From the NCBI GenBank assembly GCA_963727825.1, contig CAVSHO010000011.1:224001-288000 (forward strand): a stretch of DNA of 64,000 nt, in the 5' to 3' direction. Positions within the stretch are counted from its first letter, which is position 1. Every line of letters starts with the position of its first letter. The notes beneath the pieces are model-generated. The model was not told the DNA's origin, made no database searches, and was given only the letters and a program-made list of their open reading frames with translations. The position numbers and the translations under genes are program-made. Source of the DNA: Ignavibacteriota bacterium. Its GTDB lineage: Bacteria; Bacteroidota; Ignavibacteria; UBA10030. Of this stretch, positions 43,413 through 54,780 are shown in pieces.

Positions 43413-43977
43413 ATGCCAGGTTTTCGAGCATTCATTGCACTTCCTACCCAACCAAACGCTCAGCAAGCGATTGCCGAGGTTCAAGCAAAATTAGAAGCAA
43501 CACATGCAAATGTGAAATGGGAGTCTCATAATAAGTTTCATATCACTTTGGTTTTTTTAGGAAATGTTGAACAATCAAAACTCGAATCACTCTCGTCAGC
43601 ATTAGCAAATTCAATTCAACAATTTCCATCATTTACTATTGCGTATGAATCAATTGGTGCATTTCCGAATATAAATAACCCGCGCGTTGTTTGGATTGGC
43701 ACGAAGATCCAATCAAACGGTTCTTGATCTACAGGCAACAACTGGACGAATATGTGCAGAATTCGGATTCCCCCAAGAAGCCCGTGCGTTTCATCCTCAT
43801 ATTACGCTTGGCAGAGTTAAAGAAACTCGCAATTTTGTTCGCTTGACAGAAGCGATAAAAACTATTACTTTTGAACCTATCGAAACACTTTGCTCGGAGA
43901 TTTTGTTGATGAAAAGTGAATTACATCCGAGCGGTTCCATCTATACAATTTTAAAATCATTACCACTTCACACTTAA
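43413..43977 (+). CDS. thpR: RNA 2',3'-cyclic phosphodiesterase, +1 frameshift near 43705
   Basis: HITLVF and HPHITLGR 2H motifs split over two ORFs. Confidence 0.88.
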
Positions 43978-43991
43978 CCGGAGAGAGTTCC

Positions 43992-45017
43992 ATGACCGAA
44001 ACTAATAAAGAGTCAAAAATGCAAGCACTCAAAATTGCCATTGATCAAATTGAAAAACAGCATGGCAAGGGTTCTATTATGCGATTAAGTGAAGGACCTA
44101 TCGCCAAGATCGATGCAATTTCCACTGGATCAATTTCATTAGATGCCGCACTTGGCATCGGCGGTGTGCCGCGCGGACGCGTTATCGAAATCTACGGCCC
44201 GGAATCTTCCGGTAAAACAACAATTTGCTTGCATATTATTGCTGAAGCGCAAAAATCCGGTGGATTAGCAGCGTTCATCGATACAGAGCATGCATTAGAT
44301 ATTGCTTACGCAAAAAAGTTAGGCGTGGATGTCAATAATCTTCTACTTTCCCAGCCGGAATTTGGTGAGCAAGCTCTTGAAATTGTGGAGACGCTTGTGC
44401 GCAGTAATGCCATAGATATTATCGTTGTCGATTCTGTCGCTGCATTGACACCGCGTGCAGAAATAGAAGGCGAAATGGGCGACCCAACAATGGGAGTACA
44501 AGCAAGATTAATGTCTCAGGCGCTCCGCAAACTCACTTCTGCAATTAGCAAATCGAAAACAAGCGTTATGTTTACAAACCAACTTCGCCAAAAGATCGGT
44601 GTGATGTTTGGAAATCCTGAAACCACAACCGGCGGCAACGCTCTCAAGTTTTACGCCTCTGTTCGGATGGATGTTCGCCGCATCGAAGCAATCAAAGACG
44701 GTACAAACGTAGTCGGTAATCGAACGCGTGTGAAGGTTGTAAAAAATAAAGTTGCACCGCCATTCAAAGAAGCTCAATTCGACATTCTCTATAACGAAGG
44801 AATTTCAAAACTCGGCGATTTGATTGATACGGCTGTTGAAAAAAACATTATTGTGAAAAGCGGATCCTGGTTCTCCTATAAGGAAGATCGCATCGGACAG
44901 GGGCGCGATTCGGTAAAAGTATTTCTTCAGGCAAATCCAGCTGTTGCAAAAGATATTGATACGGAACTCCGCAAACAGCTCGGGCTGACAAACGAAGAAC
45001 CGAAACCGGCACGCTGA
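43992..45017 (+). CDS. recA: Recombinase RecA
   Basis: [25 protein letters not shown]. Confidence 0.99.
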   Translation: MTETNKESKMQALKIAIDQIEKQHGKGSIMRLSEGPIAKIDAISTGSISLDAALGIGGVPRGRVIEIYGPESSGKTTICLHIIAEAQKSGGLAAFIDTEHALDIAYAKKLGVDVNNLLLSQPEFGEQALEIVETLVRSNAIDIIVVDSVAALTPRAEIEGEMGDPTMGVQARLMSQALRKLTSAISKSKTSVMFTNQLRQKIGVMFGNPETTTGGNALKFYASVRMDVRRIEAIKDGTNVVGNRTRVKVVKNKVAPPFKEAQFDILYNEGISKLGDLIDTAVEKNIIVKSGSWFSYKEDRIGQGRDSVKVFLQANPAVAKDIDTELRKQLGLTNEEPKPAR

Positions 45018-45072
45018 GAAAACAGAGGCAACCGCACCTGAACAAAAAAAATCGAAACGCAGTTAAGCAAAG

Positions 45073-45711
45073 TTGATTATTACAAAAATTAAAAGGCTTC
45101 GCGGAAAACGCCAACGATATAGTGTGCATCTCGATGGTGTGCCGGCGTTAGAATTAAGCGATTGGACTATCGGTAAGTGCGGCTTGCGCACCGGCGATGA
45201 TCTTGATGAGTTAACGGTTGACAAAATTAAATCGACTGAAGCAGAAACGCAGGCGAAAAACATTGCTATCAATTATTTGTCGTATCGACAGAGAAGTTCA
45301 AAGGAAATCATAGATCATTTAGTGAAGAAGGGTTTCTTGCATGAATGTGCCGAAGATGTAGCATGCCAGCTTCAATCAGCGCGAATGGTTAATGATCTCG
45401 AATTTGCCCGCGTATTTGTTCGGGATCGGCTGAAACGAAAACCGACAGGCCAAGCGTTATTGCGGGCACAATTACTTGCAAAAGGAATCACATCATCAAT
45501 GACCGAAATGGTACTTGCTGAGTTGATTTCACCACAAAGCCAGCAAGCATCGGCACTGCAAGCGGCAAAACGCAAATTACAAGTGACAAAATATTCAAAA
45601 AAAAACCTTGACAAAGAAAAACGGAAGAAACGTCTTCTCGATTTTCTTCTTCGCCGTGGATTTTCTTATGAGATCGCAATGAAAACTATACACACAACGC
45701 TTGACCGCTAA
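45073..45711 (+). CDS. recX: Regulatory protein RecX
   Basis: YLSYRQRS..E, LLAKGI, FLLRRGFS; directly after recA. Confidence 0.9.
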   Translation: MIITKIKRLRGKRQRYSVHLDGVPALELSDWTIGKCGLRTGDDLDELTVDKIKSTEAETQAKNIAINYLSYRQRSSKEIIDHLVKKGFLHECAEDVACQLQSARMVNDLEFARVFVRDRLKRKPTGQALLRAQLLAKGITSSMTEMVLAELISPQSQQASALQAAKRKLQVTKYSKKNLDKEKRKKRLLDFLLRRGFSYEIAMKTIHTTLDR

Positions 45712-45714
45712 CCG

Positions 45715-46764
45715 ATGCATTTATCAACTTCCATACATAACAAACCGTTTGTGAAAGTAATTGCTTTTCTAGGACTCATAATTTTTATTTTCTGGATTGC
45801 ATCGTTCTTTCCTGATCTTGTTCTTACACTCATAATCTCCACGCTCGTTGCATTCATTCTCAAACCGCTTGTCCGGTTCTTGGAATTCAAATTTAACATA
45901 AAGCGGAGAGTTGCTATTGGTATAATCTTTCTTTTAGTCGGGGGAATTGTTGTTTTAACATTGTTTGAAACGATTCCGCTCTTAATCGCCCGTTTACGGC
46001 TAATGTATGAGCAATTGCGACAATTTCCATTTGAAGAGAAGTTAACGATAGCTGCAAAAGAAATAACAACACACGTTCCTTTTATTAATTCCGCAACCAT
46101 TGGTACTAAGGTTCACGAGTTTATTCAGCAGCTTATTTCCTCAGCTGGTGATGCTGCCAGCACTACGGTTTCTTATTTAATGAATCTTGCTATCATTCCA
46201 TTTATTACTTATTTCATTTTAGCAGAAGGCGATATAGGATTAAAAAAATTGGTTGAAAATATTCCGAATAAGTATTTTGAAATGTCACTGAATATAATGG
46301 ACAAGGTCGGCAAAGAGCTTATTTCATATATGCGAGGATTGATTCTTGAATGCAGCATCGTCGGCGTACTATCGATAATTGGATTCATAATTATCGGTAT
46401 TCCTTATGCAATTATTATAGGAGTTCTCACAGGAATTGCAAATCTTGTTCCATATCTGGGTTTCATTGCGGGCGCATGTCTTGCCCTCTTCGCATCATTG
46501 ACGCAGACAGGTGATTTCCGCATGCTGATTCCGATTGTTATTTTAACTTTAATCGTCAGACTCATCGACGATCTTGTTTTGCAGCCGCTGTGTTTTGGTA
46601 AATCCTTAGATATGCATCCTGTCGCAGTTGTACTCACACTTATTATTGGCAATCAATTAATGGGAGTTTCAGGAATGGTGATTTCCATTCCTATCGCTAC
46701 AATCCTTCGTGTTTCAGCTACAGAAACATACTGGGGATTAAAGCATTATACTATTACTGCATAA
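45715..46764 (+). CDS. AI-2E family transporter
   Basis: Multi-TM, NLVPYLG, LQPL..MHP motifs. Confidence 0.88.
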   Translation: MHLSTSIHNKPFVKVIAFLGLIIFIFWIASFFPDLVLTLIISTLVAFILKPLVRFLEFKFNIKRRVAIGIIFLLVGGIVVLTLFETIPLLIARLRLMYEQLRQFPFEEKLTIAAKEITTHVPFINSATIGTKVHEFIQQLISSAGDAASTTVSYLMNLAIIPFITYFILAEGDIGLKKLVENIPNKYFEMSLNIMDKVGKELISYMRGLILECSIVGVLSIIGFIIIGIPYAIIIGVLTGIANLVPYLGFIAGACLALFASLTQTGDFRMLIPIVILTLIVRLIDDLVLQPLCFGKSLDMHPVAVVLTLIIGNQLMGVSGMVISIPIATILRVSATETYWGLKHYTITA

Positions 46765-46770
46765 AACGTT

Positions 46771-47838
46771 ATGTCTTTAGAACAAACAAGATTAATGCCG
46801 ACAACATCCAATAGACCAATGGTAAAGGTGCTTTTCATTCTTGGAATTATAATCCTCGGATTCTGGATCATTTCATTTTTTCCAGATCTTGTTCTGACAC
46901 TCATTTTTTCTATTCTTGCAGCTTTCATTCTTCGCCCTCTTGTATCGTTGCTTGAATTCCGAATTGGAATTCGTAGAATATTTTCTGTCAGCATAGTTTT
47001 TCTTCTCGTTGGCGGAGGTCTCATCGTTATCAGTATTTTATTTATTCCGTATGCTATTAATCGATTCGAAACACTGTACGATAGTTTTAAAAACTTTCCA
47101 TTTGATCAGAAATTGAATGAAGCCGCCATCAGCTTAACGGCGAATATTCCATTCCTGGATCCTGAAACAGTTACACAAAAAGTCCATTCGTTTGTTCAAA
47201 GCGGATTGCAAGGGTTAAGCGGCATCCTCGCTTCAGCTGCCGGATTTCTCGTGAATCTTGCTATCATCCCTTTCATCACTTTCTTCATCCTTTCTGAAGG
47301 TGATACAGCAGTCAAGAAATTAATCGAGCGAGTTCCAAATAAGTATTTCGAGATGGTCTTAAATGTAATCGATAAAATTCAGAGAGAACTTGTCGGCTAC
47401 TTGCGCGGCTGGATTCTTGATTCTGTTATCGTCGGAATACTTAACATCGCTGGTTTTTATCTAATTGGTGTGAATTATGCAATTCTTCTCGGTATCTTTG
47501 CCGGAATTTGCAATCTTATTCCATACGTAGGACCATTCTTCGGTGTTGTTCCGGCGCTTTTGATCTCTCTTTCACAATGCGGAGATTTCAGGCAGGCATT
47601 TGCTATTATTGTCGTCACGTTAGCTCTTGTACAGCTGCTCGATAATATTATCATTCAGCCGCTTTGCTTTTCCCAGACAGTCGATATGCATCCGGTTACA
47701 GTGATTATTGTTTTAGTAATTGGGGACTCTTTAATGGGAATTACCGGCATGCTGCTTGCCATTCCAATTGCAACAATTCTTAAATCATCAGCTGTCGAAA
47801 CTTATTGGGGATTAAAAAACTACCGTATCACTGCTTAG
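46771..47838 (+). CDS. AI-2E family transporter, tandem paralogue
   Basis: NLIPYVGP, IQPL..MHP; shares N- and C-terminal motifs with upstream gene. Confidence 0.88.
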   Translation: MSLEQTRLMPTTSNRPMVKVLFILGIIILGFWIISFFPDLVLTLIFSILAAFILRPLVSLLEFRIGIRRIFSVSIVFLLVGGGLIVISILFIPYAINRFETLYDSFKNFPFDQKLNEAAISLTANIPFLDPETVTQKVHSFVQSGLQGLSGILASAAGFLVNLAIIPFITFFILSEGDTAVKKLIERVPNKYFEMVLNVIDKIQRELVGYLRGWILDSVIVGILNIAGFYLIGVNYAILLGIFAGICNLIPYVGPFFGVVPALLISLSQCGDFRQAFAIIVVTLALVQLLDNIIIQPLCFSQTVDMHPVTVIIVLVIGDSLMGITGMLLAIPIATILKSSAVETYWGLKNYRITA

Positions 47839-47850
47839 AAAGGGGATAAT

Positions 47851-48519
47851 ATGTCACACGTGGTGCTTGATATTGAAACCCTTGGCTTCCCTGTCGAATC
47901 GTTTGATGAAACTCAGCAAAACTACTTGCTGAAATTCTCTGAGACAGATGCAGACCGCGCAGAAACAATCCAGAAGCTCAGCCTCTATCCAACCACTGCA
48001 CAAATTATCGCTGTTGGTATGCTGAATCCTGAGACTAATCGCGGCAAGATTCTTTTTCAAGCAGATGAAAAATTGGATTATTATTCGGATGATGAATTGG
48101 TGCACTTTAAATCCGGAAGCGAGAAAGAAATTCTTGAGCAGTTTTGGTTAGATATCGGTCATTACGACCAATTCGTTACGTTCAACGGCCGCGGGTTCGA
48201 TTGTCCATTTCTGATGATGCGCTCTGCGATTCTCCAGGTACAACCAACACGCAACCTTATGCCCTATCGGTACGATGCATCCATTCATTGCGATTTGCTG
48301 GAACAATTTACATTCTACGGCGCACTGCGAAAGTTTAATTTAGATTTCTACTGCAAGTCTTTCGGCATTGAAAGCCCGAAAACGCATGGCGTAACAGGTT
48401 TAGACATGAAACAATTGACCGAAGAAAAACGATTTCGTGAAATAGCAGAATACAATCTTCGGGATTTGCATGCTACCGCGGAGTTATTTAGAAGATGGGA
48501 GAAGTTTTTGAGTGTGTGA
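47851..48519 (+). CDS. PolB-like 3'-5' exonuclease (RNase H fold)
   Basis: DIET, FNGRGFDCPFL, HCDL, YNLRD DEDD motifs. Confidence 0.85.
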   Translation: MSHVVLDIETLGFPVESFDETQQNYLLKFSETDADRAETIQKLSLYPTTAQIIAVGMLNPETNRGKILFQADEKLDYYSDDELVHFKSGSEKEILEQFWLDIGHYDQFVTFNGRGFDCPFLMMRSAILQVQPTRNLMPYRYDASIHCDLLEQFTFYGALRKFNLDFYCKSFGIESPKTHGVTGLDMKQLTEEKRFREIAEYNLRDLHATAELFRRWEKFLSV

Positions 48520-48685
48520 ATATTAACTTGTAGCCGCCATTTGAAAAACAAAATGTAATATCGGTAGATTTATTTTTATTCTTGTGTGCCATACAAGCCT
48601 CCTCCTCCCCGCTATTTGCCGCTATCTTTCACGCCAGAAAGTGTAGCATGCTGGTGGGTGGGAGCGACTGGTGAGCTGGTGCATC

Positions 48686-49333
48686 CTATTTAGAAAGAAG
48701 GTTTGGTTGAAGTTCGCCAATAATGGCATATACTGTTTCTCTAAATAGATTTGAAATTCTTTTATTATACTCACCTAGCTGTGTAATCATACTTGTTATT
48801 CGTTCTTTCGGATCTACTGGCTCAGAAATAAGGGAAAGAAAATAACTCGACATAATATCGATCGGCAATATATAAATCATTTCTGAGCTTTCGTCCCCAC
48901 TAAATTCTGCTATCACAGGAGGTATACGAGGAATGCTTTTATGTAAAGGTAGATTAGCTAGAGAGTGAGTAAAATGAAATCCGAGTTCATTTCTGATAGG
49001 TTTTAATACTTTATTAAAGAATGAATTTGACGATTTGATTTCGGAGTGAAGCCATAATATTTCAGAATGTAAATTTTGGGGAATAATATTAGTCAGTTTC
49101 TTCAATATAGAATTCCCTTTAAGCATTCCTTCATACGTAATCGAAGACAATAAAAGCATTCCGTAAATATTATCCCGCATCGACGCGGGTTCAAGGGAAA
49201 AATAGTCAATCCGCAAATATTGATCTCTTATACTTTGATTTGAATTTACTATATGACAGAGTACAATAAGTTCACGGATGTGCGGGACTTTATTGATTTC
49301 CTTAGCATCCTTAATATCTATCAATAGTTGCAT
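48686..49333 (-). CDS. Hypothetical protein with HEPN-like Rx5H motif
   Basis: 215-aa, apparently helical, AT-rich ORF containing IRNELGFH. Confidence 0.6.
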   Translation of the reverse strand: MQLLIDIKDAKEINKVPHIRELIVLCHIVNSNQSIRDQYLRIDYFSLEPASMRDNIYGMLLLSSITYEGMLKGNSILKKLTNIIPQNLHSEILWLHSEIKSSNSFFNKVLKPIRNELGFHFTHSLANLPLHKSIPRIPPVIAEFSGDESSEMIYILPIDIMSSYFLSLISEPVDPKERITSMITQLGEYNKRISNLFRETVYAIIGELQPNLLSK

Positions 49334-49363
49334 TTATTACTATATCAGTTTATTTGATATACC

Positions 49364-49389
49364 AGCTAACGGACCGACGCTAAATGGCG
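49364..49389. other. attC-like half-site
   Basis: AGCTAACG-N8-CTAAATGGCG; GTTAGCT on minus strand ~30 bp before the ATG of the HEPN-like gene. Confidence 0.4.
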
Positions 49390-52300
49390 AACTGATTCGT
49401 GACGATCTAGTGGCAAGATATTATGTGCTTCTAAAGTTTGCCATAGAGATTTCATTGCTTGTTCTCTGTTGAAATAGAACTCGCTCCCACGCATACGCCA
49501 GAATGTCCACCCGCAACGTTCGAGAATACGTTGACGTCGCATATCATTCTCTCGCTGCTCTGGGCTTGAATGAAACTCATCTCCATCACATTCTACGGCC
49601 AATCTATTTTGATCACTTTCAATGACTAAATCAATCGAGTAGCCAGCTACTTTGAATTGAGGAACAACCCTGTATCCTTTATCGAAGATCACTAAGAATG
49701 TATCGACCTCAAACCAGCTTTCGAAAGGCTGATGTGGTCTAACGATCTTACGGTTGACAGAGCTTGAGTCTAGTCTTAGTTTATTGATATCTATTCCTCC
49801 TATAGTTTGCACCTGCGACATAGGATTTAGGCAGTAACTGAGAAGTTTGTAACGCAAGCATTCCTTGTTTCTGAAGTCATTTATTGATGGAGTATGAAAG
49901 AGCAACATTTGATCCCTGGCTCGGCTCGCAGCAACATTATATCTTCTCATATCAGATGATTTTGTTAGAGCTATCATTTGAGTTTCACCTGGTGCGGCAA
50001 CCATACTCAGAAATATTATATCACGTTCATCACCTTGAAAAGCATAGGCATCTCCACAAACTATGTTTCTCTGAGCGATTTCTTCTGGACCAATTTCTTC
50101 GAGCAGCATTCGTTCGATCAAACGGGCTTGATATTCACCGAGAAGACTAATCACACCAATGGTTTTCTTGCCATATGGATATTTGTCGTCTTTTTTACAA
50201 TTATAATCGGGATTCTTGCAACACTCAGCAATCTTCTCAACGATGGCTTTTGCTTCCGGAAGATTTCTTGCCGCTTGAGTACTTCCTTCACGATAACCGT
50301 CCTTAACATGGAAGGCTACAACAGGTTCAAGCCTTTTTGGTGGGTATTGCCTAAGTGGTTCCAACGGACAGTGTTGGTAACACAAATCGTTTGAAAATTG
50401 AATTATCTCCGGCATACAGCGAAAATGTTCCTTCAAGATGATACGACCTGGGAAAACTACAAGCCCAAGTGCAAAGAAAGAGCTATTTAAATCAATAACC
50501 GCTTTAGCCTCTATAGGGAAATCTTTCAGATGTTTGTGTTGCAACAAGTCGACATACTCAAGAGGCATACCCACATTGTCTGGGCTAATCTGCTCCTCGT
50601 CCCCAACGATGATTAATTTTTTAGCAAGGAACGGTAGGAACAAAGCATCGGGGCCTGACTGACTCGCTTCATCGATAATAATAACATCATATGCATCGAC
50701 CCCAGGTTTCACCGTCTCTGCAACTTTATATAAAGGCATGATCCAAGCAGGAATTGCACTTCTGCATTCCTCCATGTTCTCACGGGCCGCTTTTCGATGC
50801 AACTCGGCACGTTTACCTTTACCTTTGCCAACTTTTTTCATCTCGTGAGTCCATGCTTCAAGATGCCGTCGCTCATGTTCGCCCAAACGAACAAAACAAT
50901 GTTTCCAAGCACAAGCCGCTGCAAGTGTGGAAGTGGTCTGGTGGATTTCATCTTGTGTGGCCTTAAAGTTGGAAACTAACTCTAGTTCGTTTGCATCATT
51001 AATGTATTCCTCAAGCCAGTATTTCGCCTGATTCCAATTCCAGCTACGAGAGAATGTACCGAGCTTTTCGTCCCAATCAGCGTTGTTTGGCTCCGACTCA
51101 ATTTTCTGTGCAAGGGCGGGAACAACTTGCGATAGTCTTCCTTGTAATACCAAGCGTTGTTGGTATAAAGACCTATCATGAAGAAGAGTTCTTAAAGCTA
51201 TAAGAGATTTGCCGTAAGCGATTTCGTCTCGCTCTTTTACTGCTAGAAGCATTCCGTTTATGAGTGAATGCGGATTTTCTGTTGCCAAGCCCACTACAAT
51301 TGTTTGCACAGTCTCATCAAAGAATGTCTGGGTGCGACGCAACGAGCGTTCAGCTTCGATTGCGTATATTGTCTGGTAGTAGTTTTCAATTTCTTCAATA
51401 ATGTGCCATGCAGGTTGTGACAATCCTAGTATGGGTAAACAAACATCCCGTGCTTGACCAATTATGGAATGCAAACTCAATGCCTGTTCCAGTGATTCAC
51501 AAAGATCTTTAATGATCGCAACTTGAATTGAGCGACTGCCAGCAACTTTTTTTGTGTAAGGTGACCAAAGAGACCAGAGTTTTTCAATTCGATAATCAAC
51601 TGTAAGAGTTTCTAGAAGTTCTCTAATGAGACGTGGATTGTTACATCTTTTGCCATTGACAAAAGTCTCATTGATAATATACCAATTGTCCTTTACAGGC
51701 TTAGGTCTAAATAAGGGTAAACCGAGTGAGCCGCCGTTCGTAAAATGTGTCAGTAAGGACCTGGCATCTGCAGTAACAACAGAGCGCTCATAACCTTGAG
51801 GTAGATTAATCTGTCTGTCGTCAGCTTTTCGTGCAAGTTCAATTAGACCTCGTAAATAGTTCTGAGATGTGTTCAACAATTCTTGCCAACTTCGACCATG
51901 CTCATCGAGAATATCATTTACTGCTTTGGGAATCCATGGTTGGTTATGTTTTAGAACGTTCGACCGAGTGTCTAGAAATCGAGAAAAGGCAATTTTAAGA
52001 TCCTCAAGTTGTGCTTGCGATGCCACGGAAAGTTTAGGATAGATTTCTGAGGTTAAAATGGGGCCGAAGCTATTGAGGTGGTTTTTGGCTTCTGATTCAA
52101 GCCTATGGTTTTTTACAAAATCTTCTGGCGTTGGCAAAGTATCTGGTTCAATCAAGGATTTCCGACATTCAAAAACCCTGTCCTCGGTGAGTTCTCGATG
52201 AATCCTAAGCAAATCCAGAATTTCCTTATTAGTTAGTGGGGGTTGAGTCTCAGGTACCTATTTTTCCTTCTAGCCAATCATAGAGGGATTGCTCTTTTCT

Positions 52301-53887
52301 GATTTGTCTGGCAATAGATTGTACTGTTCCTTGGTACAACCCGTTACAAACATCATGCTCATAGGTTTCACGTTCCCTTATTTCTCTTAGACGGCGATTG
52401 AGATCAGCCTCTCGTTTTCTCAAAGAATTCATTCTATCTCTAAGGTAATCGATTTCCTTATTATTCTTTTGTGCATTCCAGTTTTGTTGCTTGTTAGTAA
52501 TGCCTTTAACCGAGTCTTCTAATCCTTTCAGTGCGGTAGAGTCATTCCCAAGCAGGCTAACACACAAAGCTGACATCTCCGGTGGAATCATTCCCTTAAG
52601 AACTTTGAGTGCTCTGGGAGTTTGGCTTGTTACAAGCACCTTCTTTCCTGTGGCAAGCAAATGGCAAATGAGGTTTGCTATCGTATGACTTTTACCAGTC
52701 CCTGGTGGTCCTTGAACGACAACACCTGGTCTGTTATTGATTGTTTCTATAATTTTGTTTTGCTCGTCGTTCGAAGGAAGCGGGAAAAGAACTTCCTGAA
52801 AATCATTAAGATGCTTGTCTGAATCAGATTTGTCTTCTGATGCAAAATGATCATCTACGACTTCAACGATGCGTTGAATACAAAACGGCAACTCAACACC
52901 CGACTTCAGTTGTTCAACAATACCATTGAACATTGAAACAAGGTTCCGTTCTGATCTCTTTCGTAAAATGAGAGCAGGCGAAAAACTAACGACTGGCGAT
53001 TCAGATTCACTTGTTGGTGTAGCAAGATCGTCGGTATAAGATCCTTTTGCAGACACAGAATGTATCCAAGTTTGCAGAAGCGAATTTAGATCAGAATTAT
53101 TCCATATCACATCCCCAAGATTCTTTAGTTCTTCTGGATTGTCAGCTGTAAAAGCAGGACTTTTTTCATTCTCCTCTAACATACCCTGCTCTATCGCAAG
53201 CTTCGGGCCCTCTGCGCCAGACGTTACAGTTAATGTTCCATACCTTCCATCAAGATCGAGGGATGTTTGGGCGACAACAAGATGACGGCGAACCCGCTGT
53301 CCGGACGGAGTTTTCCAACTCAAAAGGCCTAAACCCAAAACTATCTCGAACGCCTCACCGAGTTTCTTCTGCAATTGATAAATTGCGTGGAGAGTTCCAT
53401 AGACGTTTTGAATCTTCTTTACTCTTTCATTCTCCTGTGCCCATGGTGACCATTTTTCTTTGAGGTAATTATCCCACTGCAGACGAATGTGTGGTTGCGT
53501 TTCTAACTGAATGAATGTTTCTTTAATGCCAGCGTCATTTATTTCCTCTGTGTTTTCTGACACAGCTATCTTGGTCAGTATGTCCGGTATATCGCTTGAA
53601 TTTGCGAGATCAACTTCTCTGATCCACGGCTGTACATCTTTTGGTACTGGAGGGAACGGTTTGATTTTTGGTTTCTTGATTTCCAACCACACTTCATCGT
53701 CCTCAGTTCGGAAAGCACCCCAAGCTGGAGTATAACATTCTTGTTCCTTGGGAACGTCAGCGAACCACAGAACATTTTCGTATTCTTCAATTCGCCGGAC
53801 AGTTTTGGTTTTGAGTTCTACAAGTTCTCGTAAATACGTGAACATGCTGATAGCTTGTTTTGTAGCAGTTTCACTTATTTCGGACAT
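49366..53887 (-). CDS. SF1 (UPF1/DNA2-like) helicase fused to C-terminal Vsr/DUF559-like nuclease, ~1506 aa, +1 frameshift near 52256
   Basis: QGPPGTGKSHT, IIDEASQ, VGDEEQ, EHFRC, FQGDERD, RYNVAASRA; FESWFE..IDLVI..AVECDG..FH..DMRRQRILERCGW; removing one G joins the two ORFs. Confidence 0.85.
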
Positions 53888-53916
53888 GTCACTTAAATTT
53901 CCTCTATTATTATGCC

Positions 53917-53942
53917 ACCTAACGAATAGCCTCTAAGCTGCG
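53917..53942. other. attC-like half-site
   Basis: ACCTAACG-N8-CTAAGCTGCG; GTTAGGT (GTTRRRY) on minus strand ~30 bp before the helicase ATG. Confidence 0.45.
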
Positions 53943-54050
53943 ACACTGTAACCATTTTAATTTCATCTCATTCCCAAGTTCTAATTGGGAACACATTATT
54001 CCTATTTCGAGATATGTTTTGTGCATCGATATAATTTTAATAATATCATT

Positions 54051-54606
54051 TTATCTTGTTCTTTTCACATTGTATTTTGCCAAAGACTCTTTCACACGGA
54101 AACCGATTTCATTCTTTGGTTTATCTGGAGGCGCCATAAGTTGGCGGATGGCATCGAATACAATTCTAAATTGTGTATCGTACTTCTTTTCCATTTCTTC
54201 AAGCTTTGCAGCAATGTCCTTGTGCGTTGCAAGCAGTTATCGAATTTTTACAAATGTCCTCATGATTGCAATATTAACATAGATGGCGCGTTCGCTATCT
54301 AGCACACTAGAAAGCATCGCGACACCTTGTTCAGTGAAGGCAAATGGTGGATATCGCCGGACCGCCCCGTCCGCTGTTTGAGGTCGCAAATTGCGTCCTC
54401 AAAGCAGCCTCTTCTTTTTGATTTAGTTCAAACATAAAATCTGCCGGGAATCGCTTGATATTTCGTCGCACTTGTTCTTTCAAACGTTTTGTCGAGGTAC
54501 CATACAATGAAGCAAGTTGAAAATCGAGCAATACTTTTTGTCCTCTAATCAGGACAATCTTTTTTTCCACAACCTCGGACGGATTACTATATATAAAGTC
54601 ACCCAT
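54051..54606 (-). pseudogene. ORF6N-domain DNA-binding protein, frameshift plus in-frame TAA
   Basis: IRGQKVLLD..LYG..QVRRNIKRFPADFMFEL, then shifted [31 protein letters not shown]. Confidence 0.85.
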
Positions 54607-54643
54607 AATTCTTAAAATCCATCCTGAAATGCATATCTCTTCT

Positions 54644-54727
54644 TGGAGGCTTCTTGAGATTTCTTGTAACACACCCTGCCTGGTAGAATAAGTCCCGAAC
54701 GGCCTCTTTGTTCTTGTTGTGAATTTC
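54644..54727. repeat. 84-bp direct repeat, copy B
   Basis: 76/84 identical to 55379-55462. Confidence 0.9.
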
Positions 54728-54780
54728 AAATTCGTTAAACATTTTATCGAGTTCTGTTTTGTGTTTGGGCATAAATAATT

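Noticed and set aside
52212-52260. Programmed frameshift or genuine two-gene split of the helicase
   Set aside because: No slippery sequence; same single-base insertion pattern as in housekeeping genes
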